Assembly (NCBI GenBank): GCA_036263015.1
Contig: DATAHU010000213.1
Coordinates: 7,683 to 71,682 of the forward strand
Direction of reading: 5' to 3'
DNA: 64,000 nucleotides
DNA from: Polyangiaceae bacterium
Lineage (GTDB): Bacteria; Myxococcota_A; Polyangia; Polyangiales; Polyangiaceae
Positions 9,901 to 19,003 of this stretch are shown here, in pieces. The stretch's first letter is position 1; each line of letters begins with the position of its first letter. The position numbers were made by a program, and so were the translations under genes. The notes under the pieces are model-generated. The model had not been told where the DNA came from, did not search any database, and was given only the letters and a program-made list of their open reading frames with translations.

Positions 9901-9943
9901 CGCTCGCGCCGTTCGCGATCGGGCGAGTGCCTTTGATCGAGGA

Positions 9944-11374
9944 TTACGGCGGTGTATCGACACGCCGCAACAGGCGAACGCTGAGAGCGGCAAGCAGCGC
10001 GACCGCTGCGACCAGCACGCTCCAGAGAATCGGCTTGGTCCAATTGGGAGCGGGGGCGCGGGGCGTCAGGGCCTGGGGGCCGCCCAGCTCGAACAACGGC
10101 GCGGCAGTGGCTGAGCTGACGGGCAGATCGCGCGCCCTGAGACCCAAGGGCGCAGTGAGCGCTGCCTCGGAGAATGCGCTAGGCACGGCACCCACGTGCC
10201 CAAACGCCAGCGTGAAGGGTCCCTCGCCGCGGGCGACGAACAGCAGTTGTTCGGGCAAGACTTGTGCTCGAAGATTTACAGGTCCAGAACCGAGCCCACC
10301 TGCGCCGTTGCTGGCGCTCAGTCGCAGTTTGCGATAGCGCCCAAAGCCCGCGTCGATGGCGCGAGAGTGCAGCGTCTCGCCGTCTTGCACCAGATCGAAG
10401 AACGTACCCGTGTACAGCGCGCTGGCAGCGCCGTCCGCCCGCACTCCTTCGAGTGTCGCCTGCAGGACGCTGTTCTTTTGCAACAGCACATCGGCCTTCG
10501 CGACGACGAGATCGGCGCCGAGCTCGAACTCCCAAGTACCCGCTCGATTGGCGACGGCAGTCCCCGCCAATTCACGCGTGTCGAGCGGCAACGACTCGGA
10601 CGTGCTGGTCAACACGGCCGTCACCGACTCCAGCGTCGCGGGCGCCTCGGGTAAACTCCAGCGCAAACGCAGGTACTTGGACGATAGCCCATCGAGTTCG
10701 AGTTGGTTCGATTCGACTCTCTGCCCGTCGTGTTCCAATGAGAGGACCGTGCCGTGCACCGACGTCGATCGGAAAGTGTCGAGATCTGCGCTCGTATCCA
10801 GCGTCAGGGGCCAAGTAAACGTCGTTTGGGGCGCTGAAACCTCGAATTTGAGCTGCTGGATGTCTTGGCGCAGCGCACTGGCGTCAATCACGTAAGCGAT
10901 GATGGGCCGCGTGGCTGCAGCGGGCGCGACGTCGTGGGCAGCGCCGTGCTGACCGACTTCGACGCGCACGAGCGTGCCGTCGTTCTTGCGTTGAACTTGC
11001 ACCGTCACGGGCTCAGCCGCTGCACCCGCCGTCGTATCGCCGTAAATCGGGAAGAAGGGCAGGCGCACCTGCGTCGTTTCGGCGTGCCAGGTTGGCGTCA
11101 GATCGCGGACCGCGTGCGGAACTTGTTCGCCCGCGTGATTGAACACCGCAAGTTGAGTGCGGTCGGCGTCCAAGTGGATCAGCACTTCTTGCGGCAATTT
11201 GAACGTCTGCAGTGCTGACCCCTGTGCTGGCGTCAGGTTCATGCCGTAAGCGAACTCGGCCGGCGCGAACGCGTGGGTTTCGCTGACGCCCTTGTCGTCG
11301 GCAGAGCTGGGCCGTGCGATCGCCAAGAGCAATAGCCCGATGCCGACGGAGCGGCGCCTGAGGCCGCGGCTCAT
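9944..11374 (-). CDS. DUF3999-like secreted protein with a C-terminal TM anchor
   Basis: The track ORF 9944..12403 overlaps the upstream gene. An in-frame ATG at 11374 has an SD (GGAGGG, 6 nt upstream) and overlaps the upstream stop as ATGA. Signal peptide MSRGLRRRSVGIGLLLLAIARPSSA. C-terminal TM WSVLVAAVALLAALSVRLLRR. It sits immediately downstream of a DUF2339 gene, the pairing I recall for DUF3999. Confidence 0.6.
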   Translation of the reverse strand: MSRGLRRRSVGIGLLLLAIARPSSADDKGVSETHAFAPAEFAYGMNLTPAQGSALQTFKLPQEVLIHLDADRTQLAVFNHAGEQVPHAVRDLTPTWHAETTQVRLPFFPIYGDTTAGAAAEPVTVQVQRKNDGTLVRVEVGQHGAAHDVAPAAATRPIIAYVIDASALRQDIQQLKFEVSAPQTTFTWPLTLDTSADLDTFRSTSVHGTVLSLEHDGQRVESNQLELDGLSSKYLRLRWSLPEAPATLESVTAVLTSTSESLPLDTRELAGTAVANRAGTWEFELGADLVVAKADVLLQKNSVLQATLEGVRADGAASALYTGTFFDLVQDGETLHSRAIDAGFGRYRKLRLSASNGAGGLGSGPVNLRAQVLPEQLLFVARGEGPFTLAFGHVGAVPSAFSEAALTAPLGLRARDLPVSSATAAPLFELGGPQALTPRAPAPNWTKPILWSVLVAAVALLAALSVRLLRRVDTPP

Positions 11375-14300
11375 CGTGAACCCTCCGGCGCGCGGTTGGC
11401 GTCTGGGTTTGGAGGGGGAGACGCCCCCGTCGCCCGTGGAGGCAATGGCGACACGTAGCCGACGACCAACAGCGCGATGCCTACCGCCATGAACGTCGCG
11501 ATCTTTGCGATCGTGCTCTGCCGGGACAGATCGACGAGGAAGAGCTTGACCACCGTCAATCCCATCAGCCCGGCCGCGGCTATCCAAACGCTGCGCCCCT
11601 GACGACGGCTCGAGGTGAACATCAAGCCCACTGCCAAGCACGTCCAAGCCCCGCTGAGCACCCATTGCATGCTGGGGTCCTCCCAGAGCGCGCCGAACTC
11701 GTAACTCGTCCCATCCAAGTGATGGACGGCGCGAGCCAAGATCGTGTTGAAGGCGATGAACGCGCTGCACGCGACCAGCGTGGCCCACGCGCGCCGCGCA
11801 CTGTCTTCGGGCTTGGGATAACCCCGGAGCAAGTAAACGGTGTTGGCGAGCAAAGTCAGCAGCGCTGCCAAGTCGAGCGGGTTGAGCACTGGGAAGAACG
11901 GCAATGGCGCAGGCTGACCGTCGTAACTCGACGATATCACCAGGTAACCCGTGCCCATGAGCAAGAGCCCGAGCGCGCTCGAGCCGAGCAAGACGTCGCG
12001 ATGGGTCCCGAAAGGCCACGCACGCGACCGGCGTGTTGCCACCAGCACGATCAAGCTCAGACTGATCGAGAGCGTGAAGGCTGCGCGTTGCCAGGTGTCG
12101 CCCAACTCGGCTTGCTGGCACAGTTGCAGCGCCGAAAGCCCAGCGAACGCGACGAGGCTCCAAATCGCGGGCGCGAGCAAGTTGGGCAGCCACGGGGTGG
12201 TCGTCAGGAAGCGCCTCGCGCTGAGGCCCATCGCACCGATCAGCAAAGGCCAACTGCTGCCCCACGCCAACGAGAGCGGTTCGGGCTGCGTTTGCATCAA
12301 CAGGTACAAGACGCTCATCGGGAACGCGATGAAAGACGACAGCGCAGGCCAACGTCCAACGTCGTAGCGCAGGGCTGCGCTCACGAGCTCGAGCAGCAAG
12401 CACAGCGCACCCAGCACCGCGAGCTCGGCGCCGGGTTGGTACTTGGCATCGAACTGTTCACTCGTGGCCTGAATCAAAATCGCGCTGCCCAAGAGTAAAC
12501 CCCAAAACAACAGCGCTTGGACGGCCTTCCAAGAATTGGGTAGCTCGTCGCGTTTGCGGGACGCAATGCAGCCGATCGTGTAGCTCGAAATCATCAGCAG
12601 CACTGCGCCAATCAAGTGCTGGGTCGCTGGTTTGTCGCTTGTCGCCGCGAGCGCATCGCCGACGTGTTCACCCATGCCCCAGAGCAGAGCGCCACCCGCC
12701 AACAGCTGCAGCACCACGGCAGCCACTTGCGGCAAGATGCGTCTTTGCCTGACACCGATCCAGTACATGCCTGCGCCTTCGAGCGCCCAGGCGGCCCCAG
12801 TCAGGTTACGGTTCGACATCGCGTAGGGGATGGCCAAGGTCGCGAACCCGACACCAATCGCGAGGAAGCTCTCCACGAACGGACGAAAGGCGGGACCGGC
12901 GCTCTTTTGCAACATCGCAGCGGTCCCCACGTAGGCTATCGCAAAGCCGACGAGGGCGAACGCCATCTGCAGAGAGTCCTCTTTGAGCAGCGCGGTTTGC
13001 AGCGCGAGCGCGACCAATGGAGTGCCGAAGGTGAGCGATGAACTCAAGAAGCGGGCGCCATCCTTCGAAGGCTGGGCCGGCAAGCGCTCGGCGCGCCACT
13101 GCATCAGCACTGGGATCGCAGCAAAAATCAACGCGAAGGCCAGCAAGAACGGTTCGGTGCTGGCGAAGTTCTCCGGCACGTATTTGAGAGCACCCCAAGT
13201 CGAGCCGATGCCGAAGGTGAATACGAAGCCGAGCAGCGCCACGGGCTTCCACAGCTTGTAGACCGAGATGCCGAGCACGGCGGAGTTGAGCAGCAGGTAG
13301 TAGCTGAACAACGCGACGTGGTTGCCATGTCCCGACGACGCCAAGATCGGTGCAATGAAGCCGCCGATCGTGCCGACCACGATCAGCGCCATGCTGTCTT
13401 GCACGGCCGCCAGCACGCAGCTTGCGAGCGAGACGGCAGCGAGCAGCCCAAAGGCCAGCGTGACGGGCAGGAAGCCGTAGGCGCGGTACGAAAAGAAGCT
13501 CGTGAGGTAGAGGGCTGCAACGCCAGCGCCCTGCAGCAGCGTGCCGAAGCCGGGTCGCCCAGCGCGTAAGCGATAACCAACGCCCACCAGCGCCATGCCG
13601 ACCAAGGCGGCCAATGCCATGCGCAGTTCGATCGGAAATAGGTTGTTGTCGGCGGCCCACTTGAGCAGCAAAACGACGCCGACCAACAGCACCAAGACGC
13701 CCACGCGCGCAATGGTGTTGCCACCAAAGAAGAAGTCCTTGATCGCGCGACTGACGGCGTCGCTGGGCGCGCTCCCGTCGCTATACGAAGCTGCCGCGTA
13801 GCCGCTGTAAGCATTCCCGGCCGGTGCTGGTGCACCCATTGGCGCCGTTCTGCCCGTGGGGGATGGGCCGGGTGCGGGTTGCGTGTGAACCCGAGCGACG
13901 GGGGAGGGATCTTGCGCTGCAGCTGGCGCAAACTCGGGGTGCTGCGGTGGTTGCGGCACGACGTCCGCGAACGCTACTGGACTGGGTGCTGCAGGGCTGG
14001 GCCCTACTGGACTGGCTGCTGCTGGATTGGGCGCTGCCCCGACCTGCGCCATGCGCACGGTTGCAGGCGGGCTAGGCGCTGCCGCGGGGACGGGCACTGC
14101 CGCAACGTCAGAGCTGGGGCTGGGGGCGGCTTGTCCGCGCGCCCGCTGCCAATCGTTCCACATCCACAGCATGCCCGCTTCGACGCGTTGCAGGAGCTGT
14201 CCCTGCTTTTGCAGTTCAGCGCTCAGCTCGGCGTTACGCGTGCGAAGTTCCCTGAGCGCACCGTGCGCGGACAACGCTTGCCCCAAGGCTGCCCCCGCCG

Positions 14301-14382
14301 CGATCCCGAGAAGCCACCCGGCGTCATCATCCAGCAGGGCTCCTGCCAGCAATCCAGCGACCATCAAGACCAGCGTCAGCAT
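11371..14382 (-). CDS. DUF2339-family large polytopic membrane protein
   Basis: About 1000 aa. It has an N-terminal TM, a coiled-coil (LRELRTRNAELSAELQKQGQLLQRVEAG) and a long Pro/Ala-rich linker. Then comes the family-typical FFFGGNTIARVGVLVLLVGVVLLLKWAADN, followed by more than 20 predicted TM helices. The start is taken at ATG 14382 (MLTLVLMVAG...); the track start 14478 is possible. Confidence 0.75.
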   Translation of the reverse strand: MLTLVLMVAGLLAGALLDDDAGWLLGIAAGAALGQALSAHGALRELRTRNAELSAELQKQGQLLQRVEAGMLWMWNDWQRARGQAAPSPSSDVAAVPVPAAAPSPPATVRMAQVGAAPNPAAASPVGPSPAAPSPVAFADVVPQPPQHPEFAPAAAQDPSPVARVHTQPAPGPSPTGRTAPMGAPAPAGNAYSGYAAASYSDGSAPSDAVSRAIKDFFFGGNTIARVGVLVLLVGVVLLLKWAADNNLFPIELRMALAALVGMALVGVGYRLRAGRPGFGTLLQGAGVAALYLTSFFSYRAYGFLPVTLAFGLLAAVSLASCVLAAVQDSMALIVVGTIGGFIAPILASSGHGNHVALFSYYLLLNSAVLGISVYKLWKPVALLGFVFTFGIGSTWGALKYVPENFASTEPFLLAFALIFAAIPVLMQWRAERLPAQPSKDGARFLSSSLTFGTPLVALALQTALLKEDSLQMAFALVGFAIAYVGTAAMLQKSAGPAFRPFVESFLAIGVGFATLAIPYAMSNRNLTGAAWALEGAGMYWIGVRQRRILPQVAAVVLQLLAGGALLWGMGEHVGDALAATSDKPATQHLIGAVLLMISSYTIGCIASRKRDELPNSWKAVQALLFWGLLLGSAILIQATSEQFDAKYQPGAELAVLGALCLLLELVSAALRYDVGRWPALSSFIAFPMSVLYLLMQTQPEPLSLAWGSSWPLLIGAMGLSARRFLTTTPWLPNLLAPAIWSLVAFAGLSALQLCQQAELGDTWQRAAFTLSISLSLIVLVATRRSRAWPFGTHRDVLLGSSALGLLLMGTGYLVISSSYDGQPAPLPFFPVLNPLDLAALLTLLANTVYLLRGYPKPEDSARRAWATLVACSAFIAFNTILARAVHHLDGTSYEFGALWEDPSMQWVLSGAWTCLAVGLMFTSSRRQGRSVWIAAAGLMGLTVVKLFLVDLSRQSTIAKIATFMAVGIALLVVGYVSPLPPRATGASPPPNPDANRAPEGSR

Positions 14383-14642
14383 CGCGCGTTTTACTCCCTG
14401 GTCGCGCGACACCTCCCCGGCTGATCCGGGCTCTCTCGCGCGACTGGCAGAGGCTACCCTCTCGCGACACGCGGGCACTACGTCAATCTGTGTAGCGTCA
14501 GCTTTCAGACCCCGCCTACGACAACCGCATGGCGGAGTTTCGTTAAATGCCGACCGGCGCCGCCCGAGCGGCGCTTCTACACTCCCCCTAACACCCCTAC
14601 ATCAACGTCCCCACTCAGGACGTTGCCCCGCTTACGTTCTTC

Positions 14643-15371
14643 TCAGGCGGCCTCGACCAACAGCGACTTGAGGCGGCTCATTGCGCGTGAATGCAACTGC
14701 GAGATGCGCGGCTCGCTAACCCCGAGCATTTCACCCAGGTCCTTGAACTTGATGCCGCGGAAGTAATGCAGTGAAACGATGCGACGCTCGCGTTCGGGCA
14801 GCAGATTCATCGCGTCCTCGAGTTGCTTGCGCACACAGTTGGCCGTTGCGGTCTCTTCGGCGTTCGCGTCGTCACGCGCCAAACAGCGGGCTTGCTCCGT
14901 CTCGCTGACTTCGTCGAAGCGCAACACGACGGGCGCATGCCCTGACTGCGTCGGGTTAGCAGCTGCCGCCTCGGTGGCAGCGGCGCGCGCACGGCGCGGC
15001 AACCAATCTTGGGCGCGCAACTCGTCGAGGATCGCGCCGCGAATTCGCACGCGCACGTACCAGTCGAAGTTGCCGCTCGTGTCGTTGCCTTGACGACGAA
15101 CCGCATCCCACAGGCCGCTCATGCCGGCTGCGATCAGGTCATCACGCAGCACATTGCTCGGCAGCTTGCGCTGAAAGCCGCCCGCGATCTGGCGCACGAG
15201 CTGTTGGTATTTCTGAAACAGCGCCTTGGCCTCGGGGGAGTCCCCATTGCCATGACTAGCGCGCGCTTTGCCGCGTGCTCGTTTCTCCGAGATGGGGGCA
15301 ACGTTCGGCGCAGTTGGCGGAACACTGAGAGGACGCGATGAGACGTAAGCGGCGGCTTCAGAAAGACTCAT
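14643..15371 (-). CDS. RNA polymerase sigma factor, FliA/WhiG (sigma28, group 3) family
   Basis: Region 2 is LFQKYQQLVRQIAGGFQRKL...DLIAAGMSGLWDAVRR. Region 4 HTH is RIVSLHYFRGIKFKDLGEMLGVSEPRISQLHSRAMSRLKS. ATG 15371 is preferred over the track's GTG 15380 because SD GGAAGG lies 8 nt upstream of it. Confidence 0.85.
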   Translation of the reverse strand: MSLSEAAAYVSSRPLSVPPTAPNVAPISEKRARGKARASHGNGDSPEAKALFQKYQQLVRQIAGGFQRKLPSNVLRDDLIAAGMSGLWDAVRRQGNDTSGNFDWYVRVRIRGAILDELRAQDWLPRRARAAATEAAAANPTQSGHAPVVLRFDEVSETEQARCLARDDANAEETATANCVRKQLEDAMNLLPERERRIVSLHYFRGIKFKDLGEMLGVSEPRISQLHSRAMSRLKSLLVEAA

Positions 15372-15398
15372 GAGATTCACCTTCCGATGAGTCTCTTG

Positions 15399-15415
15399 AG
15401 CACTGTTCGTGCCAA
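15399..15415 (-). promoter_or_regulatory. Candidate sigma54 (-24/-12) promoter for the sigma-factor gene
   Basis: The minus strand reads TTGGCACGAACAGTGCT. TGGCACG matches exactly, the GG-to-GC spacing is correct, and the -12 element is GTGCT against consensus TTGCW. The predicted TSS is near 15388, about 17 nt before ATG 15371, just upstream of the SD. Confidence 0.55.
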
Positions 15416-15659
15416 CCCTTTCTTAAGACCCGCTTGCGCAGAATCGGCTGATTTTTGATGTCCCACCCGCAGCACGGCGTTCGCGAGGGGGTCTTTGGAC
15501 ACCCAGCATAGTCTCGGGTGTCGAAGCGTTCGGACTGGAGTCCACGGCGTTCGAAACGACTAGACGCAGCGAGATCCACTACGTCCATTGCAGTTTGGAG
15601 TTACTTAGGCAGGTTTAGCGTCCGTTAGTTCGAGCTGCGGTTACGGTCAACCCAGGGGT

Positions 15660-17150
15660 TCAGTCGGACCCAGGGGCCGCAGTTGCAGGTGAGCTCTTGC
15701 CGTCGTTGTCGCCCACGGCTGCTTCTTCCGCATCGTCGTCTGAAGCTTCGTGCTCGTGATCCAGCTCTAGTTGGCCTGATTCCCGATTCTTGGCGGTGCT
15801 GGAATCAGCGTTGGACAACGTCGCGGCCCGTCCCGACGCCGCGTGGCCACTCAAGAACTGAGGATCGACCAAAGTCGATGCGAACAGAGCGGTGGCGCCG
15901 CCTTCGGCAGTGCGAGCGACGAAGGTTGGTTCAGCAGCACCGGTTACAGTGGGCCTAGTTGTGGGAGCTTTGGCGATATTCGGGAACTCGACCTCGGCGC
16001 GCGGCACCGGCTGCACGACTGCAGGCGGCAACGCACGCTCACGGTGCGAGCGCGGTCGTTCACCTGGACCCGCGAAGTCGATCCAGGTCGCTTTTACTTT
16101 GCGCACGTCGAGGTGCACGAACGACGAGTTCGGATAGTATCCGACCCCGACGTCGTCGAAGGTGAGCAGATAGTCGCGCAGCACCTCGTTCGGCACTCCG
16201 GGGATGCTGAAGTCGCAGGCGTTACCCACCAGGTGGCGCGACTCCTTGAAATGTGAGTGCTCGCGGTAACCGCTAACCACGCGCAGTGGGCGTCCGCCGA
16301 ACGCGTCGCTCACTTGCGCGAGCAGACGGATCAGGCCGGGTGCTATTTGTCGTTCGTTCCCGGTGCGCCACGAGTACAGCGCGTGGTTGAAACCGGTCTG
16401 CGCCGCGTTCGACAGTCGATTGCCTTTGACGATCGCGTAGCCCTTCCAGCTGCGACCCGTCGCGTTCAACACGACGTAGCCGCGTTTTTGTGCGGGTTTG
16501 GTGTACGTGGCCCACGACGGTTGGCGCTTGCCGTTGCGCCCTTTGGCGAGCGTTCCAATCGGTGGCAGGGCGGCACGCGCGGGCGCTACCTTTGGAAAGT
16601 AGTGGTCCCCCTCGCCCGCTTTGGTGTCCTTTTGATCTTTGCCGTTCGAGCTGAGCGCAGCGTTGCTCTTGGCGGCGACTTTGTCGTCTGGCTTGTCCTT
16701 GTTCTCCGTCGACGGCTTGCTGCTCTCGCTGCTGTCGGGCTTCGCGTCGGCGTTGGCGGCGTCGGCCTCGGCTAGGACGATCTGCCTCGCGAGGCTGCCG
16801 TCCTTGTCCGAGCGCGCAGGCACTACCAGCTTCTGGCCTGGGCGAATCGGATCCTTACGCGAGATGCCGTTCGCATTGCACAAGGCTTCGATGCTGACGT
16901 TGTAACGCTTGGCGATGCTTCCCAGTCTCTGCCCCAAGTGTACGGTGTGGGTTTCGAGACGACGTGGGGCCTTGCTGCTCGCGGCGCGAGAACCGGCTGG
17001 GCTCTTGGAGAGCGCACGAGGAGCTTTGGAATCGCTCTGATTGGGGGGCGAACTAGGCGCTTTGCTCGGATCTTTGGGCGCTGCGGCCGTGGCCTGCAGT
17101 GACCACGCGAACGCACATGCGAAGGCTAATAGGCCGATGCGACGACTCAT
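15660..17150 (-). CDS. Secreted LysM-domain peptidoglycan peptidase, M15A/DUF882 (YcbK/MepK-like)
   Basis: Signal peptide MSRRIGLLAFACAFAWSLQATAA. LysM motif HTVHLGQRLGSIAKRYNVSIEALCNANGISRKDPIRPGQKLVVP. M15-type metal site region SGYREHSHFKESRHLVGNACDF...SSFVHLDVR. Confidence 0.85.
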   Translation of the reverse strand: MSRRIGLLAFACAFAWSLQATAAAPKDPSKAPSSPPNQSDSKAPRALSKSPAGSRAASSKAPRRLETHTVHLGQRLGSIAKRYNVSIEALCNANGISRKDPIRPGQKLVVPARSDKDGSLARQIVLAEADAANADAKPDSSESSKPSTENKDKPDDKVAAKSNAALSSNGKDQKDTKAGEGDHYFPKVAPARAALPPIGTLAKGRNGKRQPSWATYTKPAQKRGYVVLNATGRSWKGYAIVKGNRLSNAAQTGFNHALYSWRTGNERQIAPGLIRLLAQVSDAFGGRPLRVVSGYREHSHFKESRHLVGNACDFSIPGVPNEVLRDYLLTFDDVGVGYYPNSSFVHLDVRKVKATWIDFAGPGERPRSHRERALPPAVVQPVPRAEVEFPNIAKAPTTRPTVTGAAEPTFVARTAEGGATALFASTLVDPQFLSGHAASGRAATLSNADSSTAKNRESGQLELDHEHEASDDDAEEAAVGDNDGKSSPATAAPGSD

Positions 17151-17312
17151 GGGAACCTGCGCTTAACCCCAGCTTCTTCGAAAATCCAGTTCTCGTCAGA
17201 TGCGCCCCACTCAAGTTGCCCCGGCCCCGCAATCACTCGTTTATTTGCCTGAGCCGGTGTGTAGGTGACAGACTTTCCGGCGCGCGCGAGTTTGGCGCGT
17301 GCGAGGTAATGC

Positions 17313-18368
17313 ATGGGCGAAGGCAAGAACCTAATCGGAGTCGACATCGGCTCGAGCTCCATCAAGGTCTGCCAGATCAAGGAGAGCCGTAAAGGGCTGC
17401 TCTTGCATCGCCTTGGATTCGCGCCGTTACCCCCTGGCGCTGTCGTCGACGGGCAAGTGATGGACGCCTCGACCGTGGTCGAGACGCTCAAGCGAGTGCT
17501 CGCCGATTCGCGCGTGCGCGGTAGAGAAGCAGCGCTCAGCGTCTCGGGTCAGAGCGTGATCATACGCAAGATCACGGTGCCCTTGATGACGCCCTCCGAA
17601 TTGGCGGAGCAGATCACGTGGGAAGCCGAGCAGCACATCCCGTTCGACATCAAGGACGTCCAAGTCGACTATCAGGTGCTGCGTCGCCGCGCCGACGCGG
17701 GACAAATGGATCTGTTGCTGGTCGCGGCGCGCAAGGATCAAATCAGTGCCTATGCCCAGCTGGCCAAGGACGCCAAGCTGAAACCGCTGGTCGTCGACAT
17801 CGATGCGTTCACGATTCAAAACGCCTTCGAAGCGACCTTCGGGGTGGAGGAGCGCGAAGTGGTGGCTCTGATAAACGTGGGTGCCAGCTTGTCTTCGTTG
17901 AACGTGTTGGCGGGCGGCACCAGTTCCTTTACGCGCGAAATTGCTCATGGCGGTAACCTGATAACGCAAGAAATTCAGCGTCAGATGGGCGTGCCTTTCG
18001 AGGTCGCAGAAGCGTTCAAGTGCGGAGCGGCGCCCGACGGCAGCCCAGTGCCAGCCCAAGTGGCGCCGATCATCGAACAGAGCGTCGACTCGATTGCCGC
18101 CGAAATTCAGCGCAGTTTGGACTTCTTCATGGCCACCAGCGGCGAGGGTGACATTGCGCGGGCGGTGTTGACCGGCGGGACCGCGAATCTGCCAGGACTC
18201 GCGACCGCGATCGAGCGCCGGGCTCGGGTTTCGGTTCAAACGCTGCACCCCGCAACGCGCTGTACACCTGATAGCAGTATCAATCGAGCTGTGTTCGATC
18301 AGCGCGCGCCGCAACTGGCCGTCGCGTTGGGCCTGACCTTGCGCAAAGAGCGGGAGGCGCGGGCGTGA
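17313..18368 (+). CDS. pilM: Type IV pilus assembly protein PilM (actin-like ATPase fold)
   Basis: 351 aa. N-terminus GVDIGSSSIKVCQIKE. It is the first gene of a pilMNOPQ-ordered, translationally coupled operon. Confidence 0.9.
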   Translation: MGEGKNLIGVDIGSSSIKVCQIKESRKGLLLHRLGFAPLPPGAVVDGQVMDASTVVETLKRVLADSRVRGREAALSVSGQSVIIRKITVPLMTPSELAEQITWEAEQHIPFDIKDVQVDYQVLRRRADAGQMDLLLVAARKDQISAYAQLAKDAKLKPLVVDIDAFTIQNAFEATFGVEEREVVALINVGASLSSLNVLAGGTSSFTREIAHGGNLITQEIQRQMGVPFEVAEAFKCGAAPDGSPVPAQVAPIIEQSVDSIAAEIQRSLDFFMATSGEGDIARAVLTGGTANLPGLATAIERRARVSVQTLHPATRCTPDSSINRAVFDQRAPQLAVALGLTLRKEREARA

Positions 18369-19003
18369 TCCGCATCAATCTGCTGCCCGCTTCGCGGGCG
18401 AACCAAGCTTCCTCCGGCAGCCAAGCTTGGCTGATCGCGGTGGTCGTGTTTGCTGCGCTCGAGATCATCGGCTGCTTCGTGCTTTACGGAAACAAGCAGC
18501 AACAGCTCGAAGACTGGGGCCGCAAGAACAAGACCGTCGAGACCGAGATCAAGCTCTCGCAAGAGAAAGTCGCGGATCATCCGAACGTCAAGGCCAAGTT
18601 GGCGCAGCTCAAAGCACGTGAGGACGCCATTGCGCGTTTACAGAGCGCACGCACCGGCCCGACTGCTGCCATGCTCGAGGTCGCACATCTGCTCTCGAAA
18701 GGTCGAGGGCCGAGCGTCGCCCCAGAGCGCCTGGAGCAGATCAAGAACGACGATCCGCTCGCGATGTACAACCCACAATGGGACCCAAGAAGGCTTTGGT
18801 TGTCGTCCTTCGTCGAAGATTCTCGCACGGTGCGGCTCACCGGCTCGGCGCGTGACGGCGAGGACGTGAGCGAGCTGGCGCGGCGGATGAATCTCTCGGT
18901 CTACTTTTACGACGTGCGTCTGCTTCCCGGTAAGAAAGAATCCACCGCAAAGGACGCGGTCAATTCGGTCAGCTTTCAGCTCGAAGCGCGGGTGAGGTAC
19001 TGA
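18365..19003 (+). CDS. pilN: Type IV pilus assembly protein PilN
   Basis: 212 aa. It starts with the typical IRINLLP motif followed by a single TM. Its GTG start overlaps the pilM stop (GTGA). Confidence 0.85.
   Translation: MIRINLLPASRANQASSGSQAWLIAVVVFAALEIIGCFVLYGNKQQQLEDWGRKNKTVETEIKLSQEKVADHPNVKAKLAQLKAREDAIARLQSARTGPTAAMLEVAHLLSKGRGPSVAPERLEQIKNDDPLAMYNPQWDPRRLWLSSFVEDSRTVRLTGSARDGEDVSELARRMNLSVYFYDVRLLPGKKESTAKDAVNSVSFQLEARVRY

Noticed and set aside
10705-10715. GGTTCGATTCG, a tRNA T-loop-like string.
   Set aside because: It lies inside the DUF3999 coding region and has no flanking acceptor, D or anticodon stems. I found no tRNA-like cloverleaf anywhere in the window.
11375-12403. 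The upstream 343 codons of the 819-aa track ORF 9944..12403.
   Set aside because: It overlaps the DUF2339 gene in another frame. The sequence is Arg/Gly-rich without features. ATG 11374, with an SD and an ATGA overlap, gives a clean signal peptide.
14557-14625. Two short hairpins downstream of the sigma-factor gene: gcgccgc-ccga-gcggcgc at 14557..14574 and caacgtcc-ccactca-ggacgttg at 14603..14625.
   Set aside because: Neither has a U-tract on the relevant (minus) strand. They may act as weak terminators or stabilisers, but they cannot be supported as features.
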